From positions 30,160,128 through 30,224,127 of the forward strand of contig NC_057718.1 of NCBI RefSeq assembly GCF_004010195.1: a stretch of 64,000 nt of DNA. The letters are read 5' to 3'. The notes beneath the pieces are model-generated. The model was given only the letters and a program-made list of their open reading frames with translations, was not told where the DNA came from and did no database searches. The stretch's first letter is position 1. Each line of letters begins with the position of its first letter. The position numbers and the translations under genes were made by a program. Positions 1 through 12,143 of the stretch are shown one piece after another. Source of the stretch: Chiloscyllium plagiosum. Lineage: Eukaryota.

Positions 1-698
1 GGTTCATAGCTCCTTGAAAGTGGAGTCGCAGGTAGATAGGATAGTGAAGGCGGCGTTTGGTATGCTTTCCTTTATTGGTCAGAGTATTGAGTACAGGGGT
101 TGGGAGGTCATGTTGTGGCTGTACAGGACATTGTTTAGGCCACTGTTGGAATATTGCGTGCAATTCTGGTCTCCTTGCTATCGGAAAGATGTTGTGAAAC
201 TTGAAAGGGTTCAGAAAAGATTTACAAGGATGTTGCCAGGGTTGGAGGATCTGAGCTACAGGGAGAGGCTGAGCAGGCTGAGGCTATTTTCCCTGGAGCG
301 TCGGAGGCTGAGGGGTGACCTTATAGAGGTTTACAAAATTATGAGGGGCATAGCTAGAATAAATAGACAAAGTCTTTTCCCTGGTGTCGGGGAGTCCAGA
401 ACGAGAGGGCACAGGTTTAGGGTGAGAGGGGAAAGATATAAAAGAGACCTAAGGGGCAACTTTTTCACGCAGAGGGTGGTACATGTATGGAATGAGCTGC
501 CAGAGGATGTGGTGGAGGCTGGTACAATTGCAACATTTAAGAGGCATTTGGATGGGTATATGAATAGGAAGGGTTTGGAGGGATATGGGCCGGGTGCTGG
601 CAGGTGGGACTAGATTGGGTTGGATATCTGGTCGGCATGGACGGGTTGGACCAAAGAGTCTGTTTCCATGCTGTACAGCTCTATGACTCTATGACTCT
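1..698 (+). mobile_element. CR1-clade LINE, 3' end (ORF2 C-terminus and 3' UTR)
   Basis: ORF 14..613 has the CR1 ORF2 C-terminal motifs RPLLEYCVQFWSP, LERVQKRFTRM, LFSLERRRLRGDLIEVYK and FFTQRVV..WN.LP; the UTR ends in a (ctatgact)n tail at about 680-698. Confidence 0.93.
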
Positions 699-1994
699 AA
701 TTCTGGTTGTAAATCGCCACAAACACTGAAGTGTCTTTTAGCCATAGAGAACTGAATATTGCTGAAATAAGTCAAACATTTCACCTTGCTGTTATAGGAC
801 AATACTCAAGAAATGGGAATGGAAAGGGAAAATAACATTTATAGCGTATCAGAGGAGAGTGCTGATTAGTCGGAAAGTGAACTTTGGTTGGTAAAGGTTT
901 TACAATGGACAGTTCACCAGTTAGATGATGACTGTCAACGTTTGCTTAAATTTTAAACTGGACTGGTTGACTTTGATCATTTAAAGCACAGCCTTGAGAA
1001 ATGAGGCAAAGAATGACTGCCACTTATTCTTTTGAGTTGAAACAGGTGCAGGTACATCATGCTGCAAGCTTGACTGACAAGCCTAAATTGGTTGTCAGCA
1101 TAATTTTTCACATCCTCATGTTTATTAAGTGAATGCTATCTGACTGTAGATTCACATCCAGTAGACACCGTTATTTTGTGCTTTTTTCACTCTTAGTGAT
1201 TTTGTGGCTTTTTAAATACAGTGTAGGATTTGCAGCCATTGTGATTTTTTTGAACCTTTCACAGTATTTCACATGAAACAAGTGATAATTTCATATCTAC
1301 AAATAATAATTTCAATTAAATAATTTATTTCCTCAAAACATTGATTTTTGGTAAACATTCCTCCTGCCTTCTATTCTGACTTTTATTGCATTTGTAAGTT
1401 TTCTAAACGAGTGTCCTTTTTTACAAATATTTTTTCTGTAGCTTTTCATGACAATTTCAAACAATTTTAACAATGCTTGTGCTTAATATAGTTTCCTACA
1501 ATTTCTATAAGATTCTCAACTTAGAATCTTTTCTCAGAGAAAAGATGAATGTTTTAACATTTAAGGGACGGAACTTACTTGAGGTCTCCAGCATCCACTA
1601 TTATATCCCAGGTTTATGATTCAGAGTTTTCTCCTTGCAGGTTTAGTAAGACTCACAAGCCTTTTCAACATATTTCACCAATTCAAGATATTTCAAGCAA
1701 CTAGTGGCAGATTTAGTAGTACTATTGTTGCTTCTACAGTCTTTTTAACTGGAGGTAGCTTCATTCATAGAGATTATCTGCTTTATGTTCTCTTGAGCTG
1801 CTGAATATGTAATGATGCAGTCATAGTTTTCTGACTTCTCCTCAGGTTGCCATGGTTTTTTTCCAGAACTGACTATTTTTCAGGATATCACTACTACTAG
1901 CATATTTTATGAGATAATGGTATCCACCATTACAGCCATCTTGTATGGTACAGTTAAACTCATCAATGCATCCTGCCATCCCCATCTTGTACTT

Positions 1995-2690
1995 AAAAAT
2001 GTGTTGCTGGAAAAGCGCAGCAGATCAGGCAGCATCAAAGGAACAGGAGAATCGACGTTTCGGGCATAAGCCCTTCTTCAGGAATGAGGAGGGTGTGCCA
2101 AGCAGGCTAAGATAAAAGGTAGGGAGGAAGGACTTGGGGGAGGGGCGCTGGGTATACAATAGGTGGAAGGAGGTTAGGATGAGGGTGATAGGCCGAAGAG
2201 AGGTTGGGAGCGGAGAGGTCGGGAAGAAGATTGCAGGTCAAGAAGGCGGTGCTGAGTCTGAGGGTTGGGACTGAGAAAAGGTGGGGGAGGGGAAATGAGA
2301 NNNNNNNNNNNNNNNNNNNNNNNNNNNNNNNNNNNNNNNNNNNATCTGATGAGGGAGTCGCGGAGGGAGTGGTCTTTCCGGAATGCTGATAGGGGTGGGG
2401 AGGGAAATATATCCTTGGTGCTGGGGTCTGTTTGGAGGTGGCGGAAATGACGAAAGATTATACGATGTATCTGGAGGTTAGTGGGTGGTAGGTGAGGACC
2501 AGTGGGGTTCTGTCCTGGTGGCGGTAGGTGAGGACCAGTGGGGTTCTGTCCTGGTGGCGATTGGAGGGGCGGGGTTCAAGGACGGAAGAGATGCGGTGGA
2601 GAGTATCATCAACCACGTCTGAGGGGAAATTGTGGTCTTTGAAGAAGGAGGCCATCTGGGTTGTTCGGTATTGGAATTGGTATGTTGTAG
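1995..2690 (-). mobile_element. Penelope-like element fragment (ORF remnant plus pLTR), spanning an N gap
   Basis: The minus-strand remnant QMASFFKDHNFPSDVV..RTPLVLTYHP resembles PLE ORF sequence; the terminal segment 1995-2090 matches the pLTR family at 29280-29378 and 62091-62304. Assembly gap at 2301-2343. Confidence 0.75.
2050..2085 (-). ncRNA. Minimal type I hammerhead ribozyme motif (PLE-associated)
   Basis: Reverse complement reads ATTC-CTGAAGA-A-GGGC ttat GCCC-GAAA-CG-TC-GATT; stem I has one mismatch. Confidence 0.6.
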
Positions 2691-2997
2691 CCTGGAATAT
2701 GGTGCCAGAGGAGGTGGTGAAAGCAGAGAACAGCATTCAAGAAGCACTATGACAAATACATTAATAGGAAGGGAATAAAGGGATATGAATCCTGTAAGTG
2801 AAGACAGTTTTAGTATTGGTGAAAGCAGAGAACAGCATTCAAGAGGCACTATGACAAATACATTAATAGGAAGGGAATAAAGGGATATGGATCCTGTAAG
2901 TGAAGACAGTTTTAGTATGGAAAGGCGAAATGTGTTGGCGCAGGCTTGGAGGGCTAAAGGACCAAATAGCCTGTTCTTGTGCTGTATTGTTCTATGA
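2690..2997 (+). mobile_element. CR1 3' end fragment containing a 102-bp tandem duplication
   Basis: Reads AWNMVPEEVVKA followed by a CR1-type 3' UTR; units 2715-2816 and 2817-2918 are near-identical. Confidence 0.7.
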
Positions 2998-3179
2998 CAG
3001 GCAGAGGATCCCATTTATGACACTTATCTTGTCTATTTGAAACCCAACATTCCTAGCGTCAAGTATATGTTGGTTTCTGATGGTGCCATCTGGGAAGCTA
3101 TAGGTAGATTCACTGCCGACGTTGCTGATATCAGCAAATACGTTGTGTAGAAGAATGACCATATAGATTTCAATTAGGA

Positions 3180-3538
3180 ATCCATAGAATCCCTACAGTA
3201 TGGAAACAGGCCATTCAGTCCAACAAGACCACACTGATTCTCCAAAAAGCATCCCACCCAAACTCACTCCCCTACCTATCCCTTTAACCCTGCATTTCGC
3301 ATGGTGAATCCACCTAACTTACACATCCCTGGACACTATTGGCAATTTAGCACGGCCAATCCACCTAACCTGCACATTTTTGGACTGTGGGAGGAAACCT
3401 GAGCACTAGGACAAAACCCACGCAGATACAGAGAGAATGTGCAAACTTAACACAAGACAGTTGCCAGAGGCTGGATTTGAACTCGAGTCCCTGGCGCTTT
3501 GAGGCAGCAGTGCTAACCACTGAGCCACCATTCTGCCC
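3180..3538 (-). mobile_element. tRNA-derived V-SINE (HE1-like)
   Basis: Reverse complement shows an A box (tggctcagtgg), a B box (gagttcaaatcc), a V-domain core (tttgcacattctc..ggtttcctcccacagtccaaa..gtgcaggttagg) and a CR1-like tail. Confidence 0.85.
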
Positions 3539-4554
3539 CAAAGGACATTGGCTTAATCTTGATGAAGAGTAAATAGACTATAAGGCGTGATCAGTAATTG
3601 GCCATTTGGCCTATCCAGTCCACTCTGCCCTTCAATGAAATCTCGGCTGATTTCATATTCCTTAACTCCACTTTCCTGTCTTAACCCATAACCCTTGACA
3701 CCCTTAATTAGCAGACATCTGTCTATCTCAGCCTAAAATTTTCTTAATGGTGTAAACTTGATGGACCAAAAGGTCTCTTCTGTACTACATGATTCTATGA
3801 ACTCTCAAGCACATCTTCAAAACAGTGCGATGATATCTTTGCAGCAGTCTAAGTACCATGCTATAATGTCTCATCTGAAAGATAACATCTCTAAACAGCA
3901 TTGCTTTTGTTGGCACTGGAGTTTAAGCCTAGATTTTATACTCAAGAATTTGGATTGGGATTTGAACCCATAACTTTAGGATACATTTTTATTAGTTGTG
4001 AGATGTAAGTGATGCCTCGCAAGACTTGCATTTATTACCTGTGTCTAAATGCCTTTGAGAAGATGTTAGCCTTACTGAGCTGCTGCTGCCCAATGGTGTA
4101 TGTACACCTAATGTATGTTAGGGAGGGAGTTCCAGGATATAGCCTAACCTTGAAGGAGCAGCAGTATGGGGGCAGGTCAGGATGGTGAGTCACTCCAGAG
4201 GGAGTTGGCATTCTCATGCATCTATTGCCTTGTTCTTCACAGTGGTCAAGGTAGTGAATTTGGAACATTGTCTCAAAAGAGCCATGATGAATTTCTGTGT
4301 TGTATCTTTCATAGTATATGACATGCTGCAATGAGAATTGGTAGGGGATATTTAATGTGATGGATAATGCGCCAATCAAGCAGTTTGCTTTGCCCAAGAT
4401 GACATTGAGGGTGTTGTTGGAAGTAAGCACATTCAGACAAATGGGAACAGCTGTAAAACATATGTCAGGAATGTAATTGAAAAGTGGACAGGCTTTGGAA
4501 GGTCAGGAAATTCACTACAAAACTTCTAGCCACTGACCTGCCTTTGTAGCCATT

Positions 4555-4729
4555 ATTTGGAGGTGTCGGTTTTGGACAATATCTGGTTATAGTTCAACAG
4601 GTTTTTTTGGAAGCACTAGCTTTTGGAGCACTGCTCCTTCAGATGGTTCCGATGAAGGAGCAGCGCTCTGAAAACTAGTGCTTTCAAATAAACCTGTTGG
4701 TCTATGACCAGCTGTTGTGTGATGTTTAA
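4555..4729. mobile_element. Short hairpin-shaped Penelope-type pLTR insertion
   Basis: Imperfect inverted repeat at about 4584-4710; degenerate hammerhead-like motif ccgatgaaggagcagcgctctgaaaacta; 13-bp TSD ctttgtagccatt at 4542-4554 and 4730-4742. Confidence 0.7.
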
Positions 4730-5884
4730 CTTTGTAGCCATTGTGTTTGTATGGGATCTCCTAGTTAACCTTCTGTTAGATTGTGACTCCAAGACGGTAA
4801 AGGTGGGCCAATCAGCAATAAGAATTCTGTTGAATGACTGAGGATAGTGATTTTGCCTCTTTTGGAGACAGTCTTGCAACTGTGCAATGCAACTATTATT
4901 CAGAGGCAGTAGTAAAAATAATTTCTCTGGCGTATGCCAGAATGCGCAGACTGCTTTTTAACATTGACACTAATTTTCATGTAGGTTCAGCTTCTTGCAT
5001 TGATTTTACTTTCCAATTCTTAATACCTATTTATAGTGGTGCATATCATGTTCAGGGAATTTGTAGTGACTCCTTCTGAAAAGTCATTTACAATAACACA
5101 ATTATGTGAGTGTAGCATTACTGACATTTAAGGCTATAGCTTTCTATTAAAGTGAAGTGCACAACAACAACAATTTGCATTTGTATAACTCTCTTAATGA
5201 TATAAAACATCTCAAGACAACTTGCAGGTGCATTATCAAACAAAATTTGACACCTAATCACATGAGACATTACAGCAATTAATCAAAAGCTTTGTTTAAA
5301 GGAGCATTAGCTCAAGGACTGTTAAACTTATTGCGCATGAGAGTGGTGGTATGAATTGTTTATATGTGATCTTGTGACTGGTTTCCTATTTCATTTTGTA
5401 TTTCTAAATAAAACTAAACTCCATTGTCCTCAAATAATGGCATAGGTTTTTGTCACTTCATCTTTATGCAATTTAAATATGATTATTGAACTGAAACAGT
5501 TCACAATCTGAGCTACCAAAAATGTTGAGAACAATGTGAAAAATTGTGAATGGATGCATTTCCTTTCAAGAAGTACTTTGAAATCCTGGTTTGAATCCAA
5601 GATTGTGTTTGGGGTATTGCTTGCTAGCTCAAAAGAGCAGGCGTTGGACATGGTGGAAGGGAAGAGTGAACAAATTAACATGAATTTAACTAGAAGTCCT
5701 TGCTTGAAAGTATGGGGGATGCAGATTCAAGAGTATCTTTCAAAAGAGTGAAATATTTTATACAACACATGTGAAAGAACTGATGATGGTGGCATCAATC
5801 TACAGCTTGACACCCTTCTGTGTTGCATGATACTGTAATTATAAGATATATAACTTAGGTCTAAGTTCTCTTTGGTATTAACAG

Positions 5885-6220
5885 CAACAAACTGATGATC
5901 CACTATCAACTTTGACATATTACTGGAATCTTGTTCAACTAAGACATGAAGAACCACCTCTACAGTTTGGTGACTTCCATATTCTAGCAAATAGAACAGA
6001 CTTCATTGCATATATAAGACAACAGGAGCTAACAGGAATTTTAGTTGTCTTGAATTTTGGTGATGAAATTTCTGTAGATTTCACTGGGTTATATTTGCCC
6101 AAACTTGCTATTCTACTTGCAAAATCAAGAGGTTTAACACCGTGTCAGGTAATAAATTTGCATGAAATGGAAGTAGAAGCAAACACAGGATATATTCTAA
6201 AATACTTTATTAACAACTAA
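5885..6220 (+). CDS. Terminal coding exon (copy A) of a GH13 alpha-amylase-fold protein, SLC3 heavy chain (SLC3A2/4F2hc- or SLC3A1/rBAT-like) or maltase-like; C-terminal beta-sandwich domain
   Basis: Acceptor ttctctttggtattaacAG then a phase-0 frame of 111 aa, QQTDDPLSTLTYYWNLVQLRHEEPPLQFGDF..AYIR..ILVVLNFGD..LPK..EANTGYILKY, ending TAA. It resembles (from memory) the last exon of human SLC3A2 (GQSEDPGSLL..SLLHGDF..SYIRHWD..FLVVLNFGD). Confidence 0.85.
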   Translation, partial: QQTDDPLSTLTYYWNLVQLRHEEPPLQFGDFHILANRTDFIAYIRQQELTGILVVLNFGDEISVDFTGLYLPKLAILLAKSRGLTPCQVINLHEMEVEANTGYILKYFINN

Positions 6221-6324
6221 TATTTTGAACTAATGTGTTAACACATTTTAAATGAAAATATTTAGTGTCTGATTAAACTGTGGAATTTGCATGTTAAAGA
6301 AAGCTCATTGGTTGTTTTTCATAT

Positions 6325-6419
6325 AATAAATGAAAACCACTTAAAATATCAGATCTATATGTTTATTTAAATCTAAACAAGATTGGTTAACATTGGTGGC
6401 TTTGCCTCAATGCAATAAA
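6325..6419 (+). promoter_or_regulatory. Polyadenylation signals of exon copy A
   Basis: AATAAA at 6325-6330 and 6414-6419; both have counterparts downstream of copy B (52261, 52341). Confidence 0.6.
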
Positions 6420-8149
6420 TACTCAGTTTAGTGTACTGATCTCAGGAAGAGGAATTGCATTTCTCCCCTAGCATTGAAAAATATACAAAATGATTAGATT
6501 TTTACATGTTTGTTCAAATCTAGTTTGCAGTAATCCACATGGATTTTAAATGCAGTTCCTAAATTTTTTTTAGTCGTACAATGCAAGTTTGTACAGGCTG
6601 CCTTTATGTTAATTATTTTAGTTCCTAGTTTAATATTACAATATCACAATGTAGATGTGGAAGGTCATTCAGACAAGATTCTTCCATAATGGTCAACAAT
6701 TTTCCAATCATATTTTAAAGCTCAAGTCTGTGTTAATATCTCCTTCATTTTAATTGCTGTTCCTATAGAAATGCTTCTTGATATATTCCAGAATTCACCA
6801 TCCCTGTATAATAGAAGCATTGTCTTCAAAGATTACAGCGGTTCAAGGAACAAGTATTCTAATACAGTTCCAGACCAACAAGGAAAGATAAAATCAAAAC
6901 AACCAAATCAGCATTGTTCACATCTTGCAAACAAACTTATAAAAATGCTTATGTTTAGTCATCGGTAAGAATACACTAGAAATGTGATGAAAAGAGATGG
7001 CCAAATGATGTTATAGACTGTGACAAAACTTTTACAACAGGCAATGATTCAGCCAATAGCACCAGCAGCAGGATTAAAAAAAAGTTCTCTTAACTCTAAA
7101 TAATTCAAATAAATCTCCATGTGATCTCCAAAGGCATATGCATGGATACTTCTTTGTGCTTTCCATGGAACAGTCAAAATATGATTTAGAATGTCCTTAC
7201 CTGATTCATTCCCTTAAAAACGTGTTACATCTCACTTGCCTAAGATCCTTTCCTGTTGCACAAACAGATCATGTAGTTGCTGTTGACATGCCTTCTATTA
7301 TGGCCCCTTGCATATTGTACATCATGTTGATCTCTTTAGGCTTATAACTGAAGTCTATACATAAAAAGATAAAGCACACAGTACCTGAAAGGATTCTCAG
7401 TAATTACTAGTTTAGCCTATTTCAGGACCAGTGCTGCAAATCTATGAAGAGGAATTTCTGTATTTGGGTTGAGCATTCAATTCCTTCATTATCCATCCTT
7501 GATCAGCTCACAACTTATAACATAAATTAGCAAACAACTGCAGTACAATGCCATCCACTTTCCTAAAGCAGCTAAATACTGAGTTCTACCAATTTCCTTA
7601 TCCTAAAATTTGGTTCTGTCTTTTTGAGAAGAAGAAAAAGAGTCTATTCATTTTTACAAAGAATAATCGTAAAGCTTCTCGCCTGGCAGGATGTCTCTGT
7701 ATAATGCTATCTCAATTCAGTACATAACATCCATGTAGTTCGTTGTTGTCCCCTCTACCAGACACTTTGAAAAATCTAACAATTAATTAAATAATTAATA
7801 ACATAATAAGAATTGTTTTTTAAATAAGGCATGGATAACTCAGTCTACCTCCTGATGAGTTGTAGCCTTTGAAGGCACTGCTTTTCTATTAAGTTCATAC
7901 AAGTCCCTTTGGTAGCAGAAGATTTTTTATCATCTTCTTCCAGGGATGCCTCAGCTCCTTGGTAACTGGAAATTCTTTAACTACCTTTTCACCTTTTCAA
8001 ATTATCCAGGAACAATGGAATTGCTAAAGCCACTTCCATTATAATTAAACAATAACTTTTCCCATAGGCTTTATCCTAATTTGGGTCGACACTCCATATT
8101 AAGGAAAGGGAGTTGTTTATATTTCCTCAAAGTATAGATATTGAGCATG

Positions 8150-9330
8150 TGCAATAGGAGCGATGCCATAGTGACATCAGATAACATGGGACTGGGGATT
8201 GATTATGTAGGGCTGAAGAGATATGTTTTCTCAACAAATTCCCTGTTTATAGTTATGTTTGATAAAGCCTGTTGCCATTCACTCACCAGAGTGTTCATCT
8301 CACATTACTACATGGTAGCAACAGTGTCAAGATCTAATGATAAGAACCGAAAGTGACAGTAAACCAAGATGCCAGCCATGGGATGTGAACTTGGTGGTGG
8401 AAAAAATGCTGAAAATGAAGTTGTAGTTGAGACCAGTCCATGACAAATTTCAGGATGTACCTAGGCACTGAACTCCAGAACAAATAAGTCTGCACTGAAG
8501 CTGACAATTAACAGTGGAAGTCCCATAGGACTGTATGCAACAGGAAGAAAGCATCCAGTTACAGTAAGTAAACTATTATGGAAATCAAAAGTACTTGAAA
8601 AGCTGAGGAAGAACTTAGCATGCAGAAGATCCGATTATAGCAAGTGCTGGATCAGGGCTCTATCCAAGCCTTAAAAGAATTTCACTGGAGGGATACCAAC
8701 CCCAGCCAGTTCTATAGAGAATTACAAATGCAAAGAGAGAGGCCAGTGTAAGGCTGCAATAGGAGCACGGAAAAGTAAATTCAAACTAAAAAAGTCTCTA
8801 GAAGTTCTAAAAGTAGGGTACTCACAGGAAAAGGATAAACTCTCCCTAGGGGATGTTTCAGGCTCACAGTAAAAGTTTGATTTTTATAACTTTATTGACC
8901 AACCGGATAAATTTGGGTAAACTGAGATTAAATGGCAGAGATATTAGTTTTAAATTACGCACTGGAGTAGACGCAATAATCGTTATGGATGTTATGCTAT
9001 GATTGAGGCTAAAAATCACAGACCATCTTCCTGGCTCAGGAGGTGCAAGAATCAGAATAAGTGGCCTAATGCATACTGCACTTTGCTACAATGGAAAAAA
9101 ATATCAAGGAGACCCTGTACCTGATTCCTAATTGTTATGATTCTTTATCAAACAGAACTACTTGTATAATCTTAGACATTATTTGGTTGACAGACAATCC
9201 ACCCTTAATTTTACGAGAGGGTGAGACAGACTTTCTATTTCTCTCAGATCAGATGCTGAAAATGGTAGGAAGAGACAGAACCAAATAAATAGCCACCAAA
9301 TAGCTTTCCAGACCATGGTAACAGTGAGGA
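8150..9330 (+). mobile_element. Very old Gypsy gag/protease remnant (tentative)
   Basis: aaattacgcactggagtagacgcaataatc near 8950 resembles the FKLDTGADVT protease motif; heavily decayed. Confidence 0.3.
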
Positions 9331-9339
9331 CTGGAAAGA

Positions 9340-9535
9340 CAATGTCGATAAAATGTGGAGCTGGAGAAAGCACAGCAGGTCAAGCAGCATCAGACGAACA
9401 GGAGAGTCCACGTTTTGGTAGGACCCTTCATCGGATGGAGGGTCCTGACCAAAACGTCGACTCTCCTGCTCTTCTGATCCTGCTTGACCTGCTGTGCCTT
9501 TTCCAGTTCCACATTTTATTGACTCCAACTTTCCA
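9340..9535. mobile_element. Hairpin-shaped Penelope-type pLTR insertion
   Basis: Inverted arms (ataaaatgtggagctggagaaagcacagcaggtcaagcag / ctgcttgacctgctgtgccttttccagttccacattttat) around a degenerate gaaggg..aaaacgtcg motif. Confidence 0.7.
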
Positions 9536-12042
9536 GACAGTGGCTTCAAGATAGTTATTGTAACAATTTCAAAGCTTTGTTTTATAAGTTAACCAGAGAA
9601 AAACTATGATTTAAGGCAACTAATAACACTTATTTACAGAATACATGTTCCTTACGTTTGTAAATCCCTGATTAAGTTGCTGGGCAAATCCCCAGATGTC
9701 TCATGCAGATTCCCACCATTCCTGATTGGACCAAAAAGTCACATGACTCCCTCAGGCAGGAGGGACCAACTACTGCATCCTTTTCATTTAAGTCCCTCAT
9801 GACACATTGAAATAACTAAATTACAATGTTACCAAGTAGTCATAATAATGAACATTATACGTAAATAATTCAGTCTGTCCTTTTTCTTGTAGTGAGATAT
9901 AGGACTACTGACTGAAGTTCTTCTAATGACATGGTTGTTATTGGACTTATTTCACAAAGACTTACCCTTGTGTCATTGTTTCACTTTTCTCAAAAACCAC
10001 TGTTTCTTGGGAGTAGCAATTGGCCTGTTATTGTCTGATATGACAGTTCACTTCCTGAGCAATTCACAACACTTCCTGCAGGTGCCATTGAATCAGATCA
10101 TAACATTGGCTCTTGAAACAGTTGTCACTTTCAAAAGTGGTCTACATGCTTCTTTAAAACCTTGCTCTGTACATTATAATGATTCCTGAAAATCAGTTTG
10201 GTCCATTATCAAAACTAACACTCGATTGTCTATCTTGAAAGGTCTTGCACTTTTAAGTAAATCATGGCCCCTTTTCTGGTTCCTCTGAATTTTTTCCAGC
10301 CTTCCTGCTAAATTTAGGAACATCAGGTTTAACCTGATCTTCAACTGATCACCCATTAGCAACTCAGCTGGAATGAAGCCTGTAGTCAAATGTCAGGTGA
10401 CCTGAGATGATAGCAAAAACCTAGTCAACTTGATGTTTAAAAATGAAGTGTTTGCTTCTTCAACTCAGCTGCAAAAGTCTGCACTGCTGTCATGGCCAGT
10501 CTATTTGATGAAGCATGGTACAGTGCCCTTTGATATGTTTTATTCCATTTCAACTCATCAAGTTCTGAAACTTTGACCAATAAAACTTGCTCCGTTGTCC
10601 AAAATATGGTCATCTGGTACACCATGGACTGTGAAAGACTGGTGCAGTTTTTAAACTGGCATGCAGTTACGGTTTTCATCTTGAACACCTCTATCCACTT
10701 CAAATGGGTGTCCAATAACAAAAAAGAACACTGTTTCCATAAATGGTCCCACATAGTCAATGTAGGCCCTCACCCCTCATGGACTTGGGCAATCCCATGA
10801 ATGTAGTGGAGCTTCGGCAGATAACTTCTGCTGAAATTGGCACTGATCGCAATGCTTTACCACTCCAATTGATGCAATGCCACCAAATGTAACTTCTTGC
10901 TAATATCTTCATTTTAGGCTCACCTGGATTGGCACTGTGTAACTCTTCCAGGAACAATTCTGTTCCTGTCCCAGGAATGACCACAGTTTATCCCCAAAGG
11001 ACAGTATAATCCTCATAACTCCTCATGTGTTAAGGTTACATTTCTTCAGAAATTCCCCTGTTTGCCAGCCATACAATATAATCTATTTAACCTTTGACAA
11101 TCTAGCACTTAATTTGTTGGGCTGACACAGGCAAGGTTTTTAGAAAATTCATGGCCATTCTTATCTTTTCCGGTATTGTAGGGAGTGAATCGAGCTCTGG
11201 CAAGGGGATACGGCTCAGAGCATCTGTATTGGCTATTTGTGTCCTGCAACAATGTTCATTAGCTGACAACAACAATGCCCAAAATTGTATCTGGGCTGAA
11301 GCTACGGGTAGAATCGCAGTATCTTGAAAATCTTGAAAATCCCCAAATGTGGCTTGTGGTTCATCATTACAGTGAAATGTCTGACCCATATAAATATTGA
11401 TGGAACTTTTTGATGCCACAAATGAACACTTGGTCCTCTCTCTTGATTGTGACTAGTTTTTCTCTGTGCTTGTAAGGGCTCTTGACACATATTCCATAAG
11501 TCTGTCCTATCCATCAGCCATTCTTTGGGAAAGAACTGCACCAACACCACATGTGGATGCATCATGTTTTAATGATATCTTTTTGGTTGGGAGTGAAGTA
11601 TATCAGTAAACATCTGCTTGGTCTTGTTAAATATCTCCTTTTGTAAAGTGCTTCCCAGACCCACCTCCAGTGTTTTTAAAACAATACATGAAGTGGAGTT
11701 GATGTCATTGACAGGTTTGGGATGAAATGTCCAAAAAAGTTAATCATCCCCAGAAAAGATATAAGTTTCAAGATATTCCTAGGGGCCAGTGCCTCCTTGA
11801 TTGCTTTCACTTAGTCCTCTAAGGGACGCAATTCACCTGATAACCTAAGTAAATTGCTCATTTGCTTGGAAGGCATACTCCTCGGTCTTGAGGCACCCTC
11901 CTGCCTTCCTAATACTTCTCTAATTTTGCCGTGTTCTTCCGTAGGTCCTTCTACTAATATGTCATGCAAGTACACAACACCTGGCCAGTCTGCTAGTAAA
12001 CTTTCTGTGGTTCTTTACAATATAGTGCATGTTGATGAAACT

Positions 12043-12143
12043 GATGATTCCTGATGAAGGGCATATGCCTGAAACCTTGATTCTCCTGCTCCTTGGATGC
12101 CGTCTGACCTGCTGTGCTTTTCCAGCGCCACACTCTTGATGCT
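12043..12143 (+). mobile_element. Short Penelope-type pLTR insertion with degenerate hammerhead motif
   Basis: attcctgatgaagggcatatgcctgaaaccttgatt followed by the family 3' segment; flanked by a repeated tgatgaaact. Confidence 0.65.

Noticed and set aside
1250..1990. Possible ancient coding remnant on the minus strand (similar texture at 7100-8050 and 28300-29900)
   Set aside because: Many stops and no motif I can name; it needs a translated HMM search.
2478..3014. 178-aa ORF with internal repeats
   Set aside because: The repeats come from DNA tandem duplications across CR1 antisense and off-frame Penelope sequence.
3001..3150. Possible penultimate exon (AG|AEDPIYDTYLVYLKPNIPSVK)
   Set aside because: The AG belongs to a CR1 tail, there is no phase-0 GT donor after the Lys codon and no counterpart upstream of copy B.
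3470..3538. tRNA-like sequences here and at about 27580, 27770, 30870, 41030 and 58470
   Set aside because: These are SINE heads followed by SINE bodies, not complete cloverleaves.
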